From positions 2,842,089 to 2,906,088 of the forward strand of contig CAJINV010000001.1 in NCBI GenBank assembly GCA_905178155.1: DNA of 64,000 nt, given 5' to 3'. A program made the translations under genes and the position numbers. The notes beneath the pieces were generated by a model, which saw nothing but the letters and a program-made list of their open reading frames with translations, ran no database searches and had not been told where the DNA came from. Origin of the DNA: Amoebophrya sp. A120. Its lineage: Eukaryota; Protista; Dinoflagellata. Shown here in pieces: positions 20,701 through 33,350 of the stretch. How positions within the stretch are numbered: position 1 is the first letter of the stretch; the number at the start of each line of letters is the position of its first letter.

Positions 20701-23700
20701 GTCGCGCTTCAGGTTCGCGACAATCTCGGTTTTGGTCTGTTCCTTCCAGTTGGTGAAGAAAAGGAGAAGATCGGTGGTTCTGCCGGCTTTATCCTCCGCC
20801 GGCACGAAGAACTTCAGCAACTTGGCCGCGTGCGCCGCTTCGCTCGCCTTCTTCGAATCCGAAGACTGCTGGAGCTGAAGCTTGTGCGCGGCGGTTAATT
20901 TTCCGATGACCGTTTCCCGAGACCAGGTGTGAAACAGGGTAGAGAGTAAATACGCGTCACTGCGTTCCTCCGCGGAAAGCTTCTCATACGTCGAGACGTG
21001 CATCCTCGCGAGGGCGGCCAGTCGGTCCTTTAACAGACTCTGCTGCTTTCGCTGGAGTAGAGCAGTGTTCCATCCCTTGAAGAGTTTCAGCATTTTTTGC
21101 TTCGGATTGTTGTCGGAAAACAAAGTCGAGGTGCCGGTCAGCTTCTGCAACTTTTCGAACGCAGTAGATTGCTTTTCCAAAGCCACTATTCGCTTTTTCT
21201 CCGCGAGAAGGTTGGACCACAGGCGGAAACAGAACTCCAGCATGGCTTTTGCATGGGACGCCGCCATTGCGGACGCGGCCGCGGTCATTGCATTTCCCTT
21301 AGACCTTTTCACCATTTCCGCGGCACGCTCGCAACGGTTCAGCAGCGTTTCGCGCGCCCAGATGCGGATGACGGAGTGCTGCAAAGTGGTGGAATGGTTT
21401 TCAATTTGCGCCTCCGCCTTGACAACTGCTGCCTTCCGCAGAACGGTTTGCTTGGTCACTTGTTGCCGCCACTCGCGCAAGACCACTCCGCACCAACTCC
21501 GTTGCTGCCGGACGACCAGCACCTGGCCGAACATGTGCCGCACGTGGTTGCACAACTGATCCATGGTCGTGGTCGGTTTTTTCTCGACGATTCTCGACGT
21601 TTGGAGCTGTTTCGGAAACGCTGGATGAACAGGTGCTGCGTTTTCAACGGTACGTGTCTGCTGATTGTGTTTGCTTTGTTCAAAGTGCTTTTTCGTGTTC
21701 CACTGCTGTTGCTGCTGGATATTAACCACCGGCGAACCGTCGGCGAGCAGTGTCGGAAACCGATCCATGGATGCTGCGAGGCTCTTGCGTGTCTGTTCGT
21801 TTAACGAATTCATCGGCGTTGTGTAGACAAGACTTTGCGACGAAGCAAGACTCGGATCTTCCACCAGACCATTTTCTCCAGCCGCAGCCTTGATTTCCGA
21901 CAGACGGGAGGGACTCGCCAGACTTTGACTGCTATTCGAAGCTGTAGTGGCGGCTCCCCAGTTGCTCGCTGCGGTGGTCGTGGCAAAGGAGGTTTCCTGC
22001 AGTTGTTCTGGGTCTGCGCCTCCACCAACCGCGAGCGCCCCTTTCGCGATCGCAAAAGCGGCCTTCTGGAAGTGCTTTTCCAATTCCTTATCGGCCTTCC
22101 GCTGGTACAGCTGGTTTTCCATATCAAGTGCAAAAATGTTTGGGTCTGGATGATTGCAACTTGTCATGCTAAATCTGCATGAGGCAAAAAACTGTGTTGC
22201 ATGATTGCCAAAAGTTGCGCGCTTTTGATCTAGTCGAGAGGCAGTTTCTCGTGCAGGATAGGCATTAGAAAGGTCTCACAGAGTCTGTCATGCTATGTCC
22301 TACATGCCAGACCGAGACCTCATGGGTCATGGAAAACCTGCATGACAAATCTGGCAACCTTCGAGACCCAGACATTTTTGCAATCCATATTCCACACTGC
22401 AGTGCCAATTGGTGAACACGCGGGACAGCACCCGCCTGCTGGAGCGCAAAGCGCAGAGGTTTGCGACACGGGACCGGCCCGCCAAATCCCTCCGCATCCG
22501 CTTCTCCTCGTTGACGTCCAATTTCCAGGCGAGGAAGCACAAACGCTGGAGAACTATCCTGAGTAAAAACGTCCCCACCCCATAGTCAAGTTGGGAAATC
22601 TGCAACGCAAATCTTCAAGGTTTGGGAGTTGTGCATGACAAGTCTCCATCTGCAGCGCAGTGCTGGTTAGCAAGGGAAGCCGCATGAGAAAGCCACTTTC
22701 TCATCCTGTTTACAGCATTACAGATTCCAAAACACGACTGTAAATGCCTCTCACGGAGATGCGCATTACAAATGTTCCTGTAATCGCAAATCTGCATCAC
22801 AACTATGGGGTGCGTACGTTTTTACTCAGGATAAGAACGTCTAATTGCTCATGTCTGCGGTTGCGGAGTTGCTTGCTGCTGCACTTCTCCAGCATCGGGT
22901 CCAGGATAGTGGAACGGTAGGTGGCGGAAGTCTGCAACTTCTGCTCTAAAGACGTAACTCGCCAGGCGAGAAACAGGTGGATCGCAGTGGCGGTCGCTGC
23001 ATTTTTCGCTGAAGATATTTGTCTTCCCTCGTCGTTTTGAAGGTCTTGCAGTTGCTTTTTGCAGACGAAGTCGACAGCGGTGAGTCGAGCGGTTTTTGCG
23101 GAAAGTTTGACTCTATCAAATGCAAAAATGTCTGGGTCTGGGAGAATCCGAGATTTGTCATGCAGTTTTTTCAAGCTCCCCCACGTCTGGAATTATGCAG
23201 GGCCTAGCATGTGCATGACAGGTTCTGCAGCTCCTTGATGATGCGTATTCTGCATGAGAAATGCCCTGTCAGCATGGCCGGAAGTGGGCACTTTTTGCAC
23301 GTCTGCATCACAGATCTTTGTAGGATCCGAAACACGCATCACAAGTTGCAACCTTCCAGACCCAGACATTTTTGCATTTGATAGACTCGCTGCAGATTTT
23401 TCCACTCATCGAAGCAATGTTGTCGCAGAAGTGCAGAGTTCAACCTTTTAACTTTCTCCACTTGCTGGAAGTGCGCTTTGCGGTTGGTATTTACGCTCTG
23501 CACGTGACTCTTCCAATTTGCGAAAATGTGATGAAGTTCGGTTTTGCCGAAGTGGTGCTCGAGGATGGCAACACGGTTCATCTTTTGCTGCACGACGCCC
23601 GCCTGGAAAGCACAATTCTCTATTTTTTGCTGATCCGAGGTTGTTTGCATGCGCCAAAGTTGGAATGTACTTGCGAGGAAGAGTTCATTATTCGATCTTG

Positions 23701-25393
23701 TCGTGACTTTTCCTTGAAGCTTCTGCAGTTTTGTCACTGCTTTGTTCCGACTTGCCTTCTTCGCCCATTTCGAAAATGCTTGAGAGAGTAGAAGCGTCTC
23801 TTTGTTCTGCAAAACTTCCGACCGCAGATTCCGTTGCTGCTTGTGATTCTTCACTAGCGATTTCCAGGCACTGAAGACGCCTTTCTGCGAATTCTTTGAC
23901 AGTTTTTTCTGCGAGAAGAGCAGGTGCTTCAAGTGGGAGTTGCGCTTCGACACACGCTCCGACGCTTCCTTCCAGAGAACGAACGCGTTGGACTTTCGCG
24001 AGAAGTTGCAGGTCACAGTAGTTGTACCTCCAACAAAACCGCCGCCGACTGCGCGCGCGCTCTTCAAGAAATTCTTCATTTGCAACTTTTCCGCCATTTC
24101 CACCTGCTGTTTCCGCTGCCGCCTCTTCGCGGCGACGGAGCTCCACGCGTGGAAGGTTCCACTGCAGGTCGCTATCCCGCGGAGCCGCTCCGACCACTTT
24201 TCGATGGTGAAGCCGTTCTTCTCTCGTTTCTTCCCGACGGAACGCCAGGCCTTGAAGGCCGTTTTCGCGAACTGCTTTTGCTGCTGCATCGAGCGGCCGT
24301 GCATCCGCTTGACCTGCGTGTCGAAACCTGCTTTCAGGGTTAGCGCCGCAGCCTCGATTTTCCGTTCGGCGTGTTGCTGGACGTGTTGCAGTTCGAACTT
24401 GTGGTTGACGTGGGACGCTTTCTGTTTCGTTTCCGCCTCTCGTAACTTCGTCTCCACCGCGGCGTGGTGTTCCGCGACTTGGCGGAGCTTGGATTCGAGC
24501 GCTTTTCGTTCGCGGTCCTGTAGTTGTGGTATTTGGGAAAATGGAAGCACATGTAAACAATTTATGCGTACTATGTGGAGGTAGAAGAAGTACAAAGGCA
24601 TGAACAACAACACCGAACAGCAACATGCTATTCACGAAGGAAAAGCACCAATAGCCATCAATACGAAGAGTTTCTTTTCAACTTCCGACTGTTCATGCAG
24701 GCCCTGTAGCTCCTGCAATGCAGATTTCAACGCCCGGTCGCTGTCGATGCCACCAAGTTCTTCCCGGTGGGTAATGTCCGTTTGCGACACCGCCGTAGTC
24801 AGTGTCTTCGTTTCACTACTTTTCTCCAGTTTTTCCAATCGCGTACTGGCGTTCCGCAACTCCGCGTGCAGATGCGCGTTCTCCCGTAAGAGATTCTGCA
24901 ATTCCGTGTTCCAGGTCGAGGTTTGATCGGCATCCTGGTATAATTGCGCCGTCTTGCTAACAACCGTTGGATTCGGTTTGGGCACAGTAACCACAGGTGC
25001 GACAACCGCAACGACATTTGTTTCACTAGGAGCATGTGCAAGCGGCAAGAATTCCGATTGATGGTTATGTTTATCGCTGGTCCTGTCGTCATTGACGCGC
25101 GGACCAGCGCCAGCAACTCTATGGTTCTTCTGCGCGATGTAGCTAGCGTTATTTCCAGCGGGGGGCAACACGGATTTCATCTTCACCGACGCAATAAGGG
25201 ACGCTTCGGTTTGCAGTTTTCGAGCCGACACAGAAGATGCAGGCCGCACACTGCCGCTGTTGTCGTAGCTGTTTGGCCGCTTGCAGGACGAAGATCCTCG
25301 TGCCGACGCTGTGTTCGACGTGCCTCGAACCCGGACACCGCTCGGTGCTGGGGGTCGCCGGGCGGAGCTATAGAGTTCGTGGCTAGTAGACAT
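17791..25393 (-). CDS. Very large Sfi1-repeat-like (centrin-binding) coiled-coil protein; 1 GT-AG intron and 3 introners
   Basis: Dozens of LLxxxFxxW(K/R)-type repeats (LLSTLFHTWSR, MLRTAFLSWTE, LLRDCFTSW, LLSQAFSKWAK). GT-AG intron 24518-24664 (KKLF|DRER). Introner joins QRVKLS, DVLQRL and SVENQL. Confidence 0.75.
22122..22389. mobile_element. Introner, family A (268 bp)
   Basis: TATCAAGTGCAAAAATGTTTGGGTCT ... AGACCCAGACATTTTTGCAATCCATA; perfect direct repeat TTCCA; join CSVENQLY. Confidence 0.88.
22555..22833. mobile_element. Introner, family B (279 bp)
   Basis: TATCCTGAGTAAAAACGTCCCCACCCCATAGT ... ACTATGGGGTGCGTACGTTTTTACTCAGGATA; repeat AGAAC; join LDVLQRLCF. Confidence 0.9.
23114..23383. 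mobile_element. Introner, family A (270 bp, perfect 28-bp TIR)
   Basis: TATCAAATGCAAAAATGTCTGGGTCTGG at both ends, inverted; repeat GACTC; join LQRVKLSAK. Confidence 0.93.
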
Positions 25394-26052
25394 GATTTTG
25401 TTTATTTTCCCTCCTTGTTTTCAATTTCTTGAATTTTGCTTGTGCCTGTGAAGAGGCAGATGAGGATAAACTTGTTGTTATGACGAGAACGCTCCTCGTT
25501 TGAGGTAGGGTAACTGTAGAAGATTACTTTTGGTTTCAGGAGGACCTCAGACTGTTGATGTTCGAAGCGAAACTGACATAATTAGGGCGGGCGAAATGGC
25601 CTTGTGATGTATTATTCCAAGTTGGCGGAGGCGAGGTTCAAAAAACTATACGGAGGAAAAAAAGAATGAAGACTTCCTCATCTGGACCGACACAAGCACC
25701 GAACAGAGACAAAAAAAAGGAATCTCCATGTTCACCACAACAGAAGAAGCATACACAGAGGCAGACAGACTGAGACCGAATAACGGTCGTACAAAAAGGA
25801 ATACCAACACGAAAAATCAACAGGCCTCAAAGAAAAAAGTAAGAAGCTCGAATTTTTTGTCGCTGGCGCATAAAGAAAAAAAAAAAGTGCACCGATCTGC
25901 TGGCGAGTAAAAACGCCACTCAATGACAATGGCCGTTACAACGTGCGAGTAATAACAAACTTGGCATGCCGAAAAATGCCAAGTAAGTTTTGCTTGGCTG
26001 TTTCGAGGAATCGCAGCATTGCTTCTCTTGGTTGCTATCCAACAGTGACCGT

Positions 26053-26907
26053 CTACCGTTTGATCTTGCTACAGAGCCAATCTACACCACTGATAACAGT
26101 TTCGCGAATTTCAGCGTCTAGGTTCTCGTCGTCTACAGAAGATGATTGCTCTTGTGGATCCGCTGTTGAAGGACGTCGACCTGACCGAAACGAAAATGCT
26201 TTCCACGGCCTGCCCCCCTTGGCCAGCGCTTCTTTGGTCGCTTCAGGCAAAAGCGCGGACGCGGTCGATGGTGATGTGTTAGCTTCAGCACGGTATTGCG
26301 GTTGCTCACCCGGAGGCAGCAACACGAAAACGAGTACCGGTAGGTCAGGGGACTGGTTCAGCTTTTCCAGCCTCTCGACGGCTCCAACGCTTGTTCCTCC
26401 CTCCACGCCCTCCTCTCCCAGCAGCCACGGTAGGTACCGCTCCATATCCAGCCTGAAATTTTCCCGCTGTTGCTTCGTCTCCTCGTCACGAAGCGCTGTT
26501 TCAAGAGCGACGGAGTGCACGTAGATCAGGCCTGCGCACGGCGCGTACTCATGCCAGTCGCGGTAGACGAGAAGGCTCCCCGCCAGGCAGACCAGCTTAA
26601 CGCAGGGCGCGGTGTCGCTCCACGAGACTTCGCCACGAAAGCTGCTGTGGGCGGCGATTTTGCTTCCGATCGCATTCGCCGCAGGCCCGCCACACCGCCC
26701 TGCGATGAAGAGGGCAAGGTTTGAGGCCGAGGTTTGGTCCGCGCCGGCGACCCAGATGCAGGGACCGGCGCCGGGACCAGTGTTACTGGAGCGCGCGGCA
26801 CGGGGATGCAGGTTGCCCATTTTTATCCTTGGACGTGAATGTTTCTGACCTTGGCCCCAGCACCGGTATCCCTCGATCTTGGCGGCAAATACGTTGGGTT
26901 TATGCAC
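26053..26907 (-). CDS. Hypothetical protein (about 284 aa; start uncertain)
   Basis: Long ORF on the gene-bearing strand; no family recognised. Confidence 0.45.
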   Translation of the reverse strand: MHKPNVFAAKIEGYRCWGQGQKHSRPRIKMGNLHPRAARSSNTGPGAGPCIWVAGADQTSASNLALFIAGRCGGPAANAIGSKIAAHSSFRGEVSWSDTAPCVKLVCLAGSLLVYRDWHEYAPCAGLIYVHSVALETALRDEETKQQRENFRLDMERYLPWLLGEEGVEGGTSVGAVERLEKLNQSPDLPVLVFVLLPPGEQPQYRAEANTSPSTASALLPEATKEALAKGGRPWKAFSFRSGRRPSTADPQEQSSSVDDENLDAEIRETVISGVDWLCSKIKR

Positions 26908-27408
26908 TTCTTTATGCGCGTTTTTGTCGTCGCTCTCGCTCCGAGGACTCTCAAACAGGCACGCACTGCTTGTGACGAAAGTAGTTTAGCAAATCTCCAA
27001 ACACAGGCTTCTCTGGCGTTTGTCTGAAAAAGCACGAGAAACTGACGCTAGACTGGTCGTTGTATGCTTCTTTTACTTTTTCCACAAATGTCGCATGGAT
27101 GGCTTTGTTCATTTGGCACGACATCAATATTGTCTTTTGAGAATGTTCCAACAGCAGCACTATGTAGTCGGTGTCTCTCTAGACGTAGTACACCGCTCGA
27201 TTTCCACTAGCAAAACATCATTTTACATTTGTTCCGATGCATTTCGAAGATTTCAAGTTTCAAAATAGCTAAAAAGAAGATACGAAGATTCCGCGTATGA
27301 AAGAAGATTCTCTAGAAGTACTGGCTAAAAGCACTTTTTCTGTTCCTGTGATTTCATCTTTGCTAAACTAACTAAACTGAGACTGAATGTGATAATTTGC
27401 TAAAAGAT

Positions 27409-28275
27409 TCATTCGTAAGCTTTGGACAATTTTGACAAGTTGCAAGCGTTGACATTTTCATCAAAAACTTTTCCGATAAACCGCCCGCGGTCGAAGCTGT
27501 CGTAGAATTCTTTAACGACGGGCTTTTCAAGAAGATGTTCTGCGCGCCGAGTACGTTGTTGTCTAGCCTTTCGCCTGTTTTCTTTGCTGCTGCGAACGAT
27601 TTTTTCGAAATATTCTTTCACTTCTTCTGATGGATTTTCTCCAATTGAGCCGAACTCTTCAGCACACGTGTCTTCGCAGTCCCAATCCCACGTGCCGAAC
27701 CAATCGTCTTCCTCGATGGCATGGAGTTGCAGTATAGTTGCCTCTCGACTCGGAAGCCGTTCAGTTATCGCCACGCGCGCGTAGTCCGTTTCTGTTATCT
27801 CCAAACGTAAACCGGGACCGAGTTTCTGCCTCCATTCACCAGTCAATGGCCGCAATGTTAATTCCGTGAGGTGCTGTCTCCGGTGGCAAGCGATTTTCTT
27901 TTTCTTCACGATGTCCGGTCCTCCGGTCCTTAAGAGGGGGATGTGGGGCGAGACGGAAAGCGCCGGATTTTGTCTGGTGGCAAGCTGCACAAACGGTCCG
28001 CTCGCCTGGTGTTCGCGCACAAACGGTTGCGCTGCGCCGGGCGTGAAAACCTTGAGGGAGAAGAGACCACGGATATTTAGCGATATGGGGAACTTCACTT
28101 CGTCGAGGAGGTCCTCTAGTATTTCCCTCTTGGCCGACGAGTTCGAGTGTTCTGATTCATCATCAGCGTCTCCATCGGAGTTGACACCTTGCATTCCCAA
28201 AGCAGGTTCATTTCCAGGCTGATCGTGGCTGCTCCCAGCCACTGCTCGTGCTCTGTCCAACCCGGCTCCGCTCAT
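27409..28275 (-). CDS. Hypothetical protein (about 288 aa)
   Basis: Long ORF with protein-like composition. Its 3' end and downstream region are duplicated at 28911-29612. Confidence 0.5.
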   Translation of the reverse strand: MSGAGLDRARAVAGSSHDQPGNEPALGMQGVNSDGDADDESEHSNSSAKREILEDLLDEVKFPISLNIRGLFSLKVFTPGAAQPFVREHQASGPFVQLATRQNPALSVSPHIPLLRTGGPDIVKKKKIACHRRQHLTELTLRPLTGEWRQKLGPGLRLEITETDYARVAITERLPSREATILQLHAIEEDDWFGTWDWDCEDTCAEEFGSIGENPSEEVKEYFEKIVRSSKENRRKARQQRTRRAEHLLEKPVVKEFYDSFDRGRFIGKVFDENVNACNLSKLSKAYE

Positions 28276-28910
28276 CTCGTCACTCTCAGGGAAGTGGGCG
28301 AAGCCGATGGGCGATGAAGATGATCAACATCAATCACTGGAGTCGGAAACCATTCATCCACCTTGACCAATCGAGCAGTGCGTCACGGTCAACATCTTTG
28401 CTCCTCATCATATTCACGGAGAGTTTATCATAAACGAAAATCTATAATCGTAAAATGATGATGGACATGCACATGGAGGGATCGCGGTCGAAGTCGCGGT
28501 GAAGCCGAACAAATGGCACAGCCAGCCAGGGATATGATTGTATTATGCATAATTGTAAATTCGACGAGCACGAAAGCATCGCTCGTGTTTATCAGCATAA
28601 GCGGTCACCCACATTCACGAGCTCTCTTGAACGAGCGGGCGTCTCGTTTGGGTTCTGTTCTCGTTCCAAACGAACGATCAGACGATGATATACGAAGAAG
28701 GGCGACTAAAAGCCGAACCTGCATATTGTTCAATCAATGACCACGATGTAAGTAGCAAGTAGGTGCGAAAAAGCGGACGAAACTAACAGTGACGGTTCTG
28801 CTGGACGTTTTGTCGATGTAGTCCATCTGTCGCCAAAAGGAATTTGGTGTTGTAAATATCTCAAAAGTTGCAGTTGCACAGCTTTGTACATTCGGTTCGA
28901 CGTCAACAGC

Positions 28911-29612
28911 ATTGTCTTTTGAGAATGTTTCAACAGCAGCACTATGTAGTCGGTGTCTCCCTGGTACACCGCTTTTTGTTTTCCACTAGCAAAACATCAT
29001 TTTACATTTTTTCCGGTGCATTTCAAGTTTCAAAATAGCATAGCTAAAAAGAAGATACGAAGATTCCGTGTATGAAAGAAGATTCTCTATGGGCTAAAAG
29101 CACTTTTTCTCTTCCTGTGATTTCATCTTTGCTAAACTGCTAAACTGAGACTGAATGTGATAATCTGCTAAAAGATTCATTCGTAAGCTTTGAAGAATTT
29201 TGACAAAGGCTCTGATCTTGACTTTACACACTTAGCAGAAAGCTTCTACTTCGCATTTAAATTTTTAGAGTGATCAAAAGGTTAAAAAGCGACCAAAGTG
29301 TCGCGATCTCCCTAAGCACGGCAGGACTGGTTCAACCTGCAGTCAGCTGCGCCTTTTTTCAACGACAGATGGGTATGGGCAGTAGTATCTTTTTCCAACA
29401 GGCCGTTTTTATTTTTAAAGCAGTTGCACACTAGCACTACCGGTAGCAGTCACTCAGTATTTTTTCAAGCTTCTTTGGGTAGAGGGATTTTTATTGAAAT
29501 AGCGCTAAAGAAAAAAGGTGAGTAATCGCGTTTCCACCTTACCGCATATCTACAAACAAACAAACAAGAATTTTGACAAGTTGTAAGCCTTGACATTTTC
29601 ATCAAAAACTTT
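28911..29612. repeat. Diverged local duplicate of about 27129-27470, interrupted by an insertion
   Basis: Collinear match from ATTGTCTTTTGAGAATG to ...TTTTGACAA, resuming after the insert as GTTGTAAGCCTTGACATTTTCATCAAAAACTTT. Confidence 0.85.
29207..29565 (+). mobile_element. SINE-like or 5'-truncated non-LTR retroelement insertion (359 bp)
   Basis: 14-bp target duplication AAGAATTTTGACAA (29193-29206 and 29566-29579). (CAAA)n 3' tail preceded by an AAGGTG...CACCTT stem. The empty site is visible in the paralogous copy near 27428-27440. Confidence 0.75.
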
Positions 29613-29654
29613 TCATCGTTTCATCGCGACAACACCAACACCAGCACTCCCGCG

Positions 29655-32600
29655 CTAGAACCGGCCATACCCGCTGTTGTTGCTGATTTTCGGGAGCGAG
29701 CCGGTGCTCAAGGGCGTGTAGATGTTTTCGATCGATTTCATCTGTCCCTTACCCCCCTTCTTGGTTTTGTGGCGGGCCGTGCTAGCGGCGGAGCTGCCAG
29801 AAAAGAATTTACTGGACCCGGTCATGCCGAGGAGACCCGAGCTAGAGCCCATACCGGGCTTGGCCGCCTGCACTTCGGCGAGTCTCTCGCGGACCTCCTT
29901 CGATTCGCGCTGCAGCGTGACGACCTTGGCTTCTTCCGTGGACAGGGCGCGCCGGTAGGCCATCACCTGCAGGATCGTGGTTTTGGTTGTCTTTGTAGTT
30001 CTTTTCATAGTACACGTTGAAGGACTAGGACACGCTTTCATCCTTATGCGTCAGAGAATCTGATTCTGAACAATGCAAAAATGCGCGGCCAGACACATCA
30101 TTAAGTACTCGTAGATTGTTTATTTGCAATACAAAATCAAAATCAAAATGCTCTTTCTCACCTCGACACGATGGTCCTCTTTCGCTTGTTCCACCATACT
30201 CTCCAATTTCACCCGCTCGTCCTGTCTTCTCTTCTTTTCAAGTTCCATATCACACAGAAAAAAGCTGGCAGGTCATTTTTGTAATGCAAAAATAAGTAGA
30301 CAAAAGTATTTGCATTGCATATCCTAAGTAAGTAGCATGCTATGAGGCCGCCCATAACATATTTTTCTGTGTATTTATTTTTGCATTACAAATTATATGC
30401 CCTGCCAGCTTTTTTCTGTGGGATATTCCAAATCTCGCGCCAAGTCGTTCGATCGCTTGGTATTGGCGTCGACGATGGTGTTGGCCTTTTGCTCCGTCAC
30501 GCGGGCGGCGACCATGCGGTCATGGAGCTGGAGTTTGAGCGAATTTACCTACAGCTTACATACACGGTATTCAAGTTTTTTCCTGCGCATTGCAATGATG
30601 AATGAGCATGGTATCTAGTTGCACACGAGAAGTGAAAATGCAGCAATACCTCGTCCTTTTCCCTCTCTGCTTCCTTCACTTGGTCCTTCATGGCCTCGAG
30701 GGTCTTATCGGCAGCGAGCAACAACCCGGTGAGTTCGGCGACTTTCTCGTGTGCTCTGATCACTTCGTTGTCACGGAGCCGGAGGATGTCCAGGAGTTGT
30801 TTCTGATATGTTACGATTTACTGCATCTTCCACGCACGAGGAAAATGACAGGCTGCGTCAGGAGAAGCAACAAGGCAAAAATTCAATTAGGAGACATCAA
30901 AAAAAAAGCCCAAGTATGAAATTATACCTCGTTCTTGCTCTCTACAGTGACCTCGTCCTTCCAGACGTCCCATATGAATTGCAAATGTGTCTGGGTCTGG
31001 GAGGATGGAACTTGTGATGCGTCCTGTGGGTCACATAAAAATCTGTGTTGCGTGATCGCCAAAAGTTGTGCTTTTTTGACCAATATGAGCGGGAGTCTCT
31101 CATGCAGGGTAGGCATGATAGAGACTTCGCAGAATCTGTCATGCTAGGTCCTGCATTCCAGACCTCATGGGGCGTGGAAAATATGCATGACAAGTCTGCA
31201 TTCTTGCAGACCCAGACATTTTTGCATTTGATATCCCTTACTATTTCGCGAATTTCATTCCGCAGTTTTTCCAAGTCAAATATCGTATGGAAAAATCCCC
31301 CTTCCCAATACTAAAAAGACCTACTTCTGAAAATTTGTATTGCTGATTTTCGGACGCAAATCGTCTCTGTATTGCAAGAAGGCAAAGCCAGAGACTCCGC
31401 CGGGTTCTGCGGGCAATTTGTAATGCTGTATGGCGTGCAGAGGATAAGCCTCCCTTGCTAGGCGCCAACACCAAAAGGGCCCAGCTCAGGCCTTGTATCT
31501 ACTGTGCGCAGTCCTCTACTGCAAGACAGAGCTGATTTGTGTACACAAATCCTGCATCACAGATTTCCAATTTGATACGGGGAGGGGGATTTTTCATTTT
31601 GATATCAAATGCTGGCGCCGGAGCGCCCGCGGCGCCCTCACCTTCACCGGCCTTCCCGCCAGTAGCTGTCCCATCCCCCGCTTCGCCGTCTTCCCCGGCT
31701 GCCTTGGGATCGCCGGGCGCTGCTTTTGCACTGGAAGACGTTCGGGCCCCGGTTTTTCCCTTGGCGTCCACTTTTGCCTTGGCCTTACTCTTGGCCTTCT
31801 TCTTCGCCTGGCCCTGTTGTATTCGAGAACATATGACAGTCGTGAAGAGTTTGTTCTGTTGACATCGATTCGTGTGGTGCAACAACTAAACCCACAACCA
31901 ACTTCGCGGAGGATCAGCTTGTTTGGGTGTGTTGACAAAAAGTTCTTTAACATATCACATCTTCTAGTTCTACCTTCGCAGCACTGGCTCTTTTTGCCGG
32001 TGGTCCTTTTTTGCCATCCGCTCCTACCTCGACTTCCTCTTGGTCTTGTTCAATTTCCTCCTGCTCCTCGGCCTCTTCGTCCTGGTAGTTTTCGTCCATA
32101 CTATTTGGGTCGATGCCCACGGATATCAAATGCAAAAGTGTCTGGCTCTGGAAGGATGCGAAATTGTGATGCGTGTTGCGGATCATACAAAAATCTGTGT
32201 TGCATGACTTGCAAAAGGTCCCCATTTCTGGCCATGCTGAGGGGGCATTTCTTATGCAGAATAGGCATCACCGAGGCGCTGCAGAACCTGTGACGCTAGG
32301 CCCTGCATTCCAGACTTGGCGCTGGCGGAGCTTGGAAAAACTGCATGACAAATCTCGGAGTCTTCCAGACCCAGACATATTTGCATTTGATAACGGACGC
32401 CGCGCTCCCGCTGCCACTAGACCCGGGTCGCTTCAACATGGCTATCTCATCGGCAATCACACCGCGGACAAAGTTTCCTGTTGGGAGGAAGATGATTTAC
32501 AATTGCGAGACCGTGCATAGGAGGAGCACAAGCAGGAGTCGTACTAGGGGTTCTTAGGCTTAGCATCAGACAAATATAGTATTTTGCGTCAAACATACAT

Positions 32601-33350
32601 GAATTCAATACGGAGAAAGTGGCCGTTGCCGTCCTCGCCATCTGATGACGATGATTCTCTTCTCTGGTTAACTGGCTCCGCAGCGGCTGGCTCCTCCTCT
32701 TCTTCGTGTTCTGGTGGTGGGGCCTCGCCACTCGCTGCTACTGGCGCGGCCTGGTTATTTTGCAAGACACAACATGATTATTTCGAGAACGAGGAGGGAA
32801 TCAATGGAATGGCTGTCCTTCCATACCTCCAAGCGCTTCGTCGACGCAGAAAAAGACATGCCGACTCACCCACTCGAGTGCGAGTCAGAGAGTAAGAAGT
32901 AGAATTCACGACATGTACCTCATCCGGTTCTGCCGTAGCACCAGCTTCTACTGTGACCGCCGGTTCCTCTGCTGCTGCTGTCGCACTGTCAGCTTCTTCT
33001 ATTATCTGCGGAATCGGCTCTGTAGTTGGCTCCTCCGCGGCCACTGCAGTTGTACTATCCCCTGCAGCATCTTCTGCTGGTGCTGGTGGTGAGTCAGGAT
33101 CTCTTGCTGGCGCTTCCGCGGCCTCTGGATCCGCCGGAGCGGGCTCTGTTGTTTCCGCGGCCGGTTCAACAGTAGCCGGCGCTTCCGTTTCTGCTGCCGG
33201 CTCTTCTTCTGCAGGAGCCGCTTCAGGAGCGACTGCGACGTCAGCAGCGGGCTCGACTGCGGCATCAACATCAGCAGTGGAGGCTTCTGGTACTGGAGTA
33301 GTCTCTTCCGCAGGGGCTTCTGCGGCCGGTGTTTCCTCTTCTTCAGCCAT
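29655..33350 (-). CDS. Coiled-coil protein with acidic Ala/Glu/Pro-rich N-terminus; about 6 GT-AG introns and 4 introners
   Basis: ATG at 33350 (MAEEEETP). GT-AG introns include 32478-32611, 31814-31973, 30549-30649 and 29967-30161. Introner joins AASVGID, PAFDLEKL, VRDVWKD and DLELEKK. Confidence 0.75.
30248..30425. mobile_element. Introner, TIR family C (178 bp)
   Basis: TATCACACAGAAAAAAGCTGGCAGG ... CCTGCCAGCTTTTTTCTGTGGGATA, with the inverted repeat extending inward (TTTGTAATGCAAAAATAA); repeat TTCCA. Confidence 0.9.
30973..31233. mobile_element. Introner, family A (261 bp)
   Basis: TATGAATTGCAAATGTGTCTGGGTCTG ... CAGACCCAGACATTTTTGCATTTGATA; repeat TCCCA/TCCCT. Confidence 0.87.
31281..31604. 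mobile_element. Introner, TIR family D (324 bp)
   Basis: TATCGTATGGAAAAATCCCCCTTCCC ... GGGGAGGGGGATTTTTCATTTTGATA; repeat TCAAA; homologous to 54001-54335. Confidence 0.88.
32124..32392. mobile_element. Introner, family A (269 bp)
   Basis: TATCAAATGCAAAAGTGTCTGGCTCTGGAAG ... CTTCCAGACCCAGACATATTTGCATTTGATA; repeat ACGGA. Confidence 0.9.
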
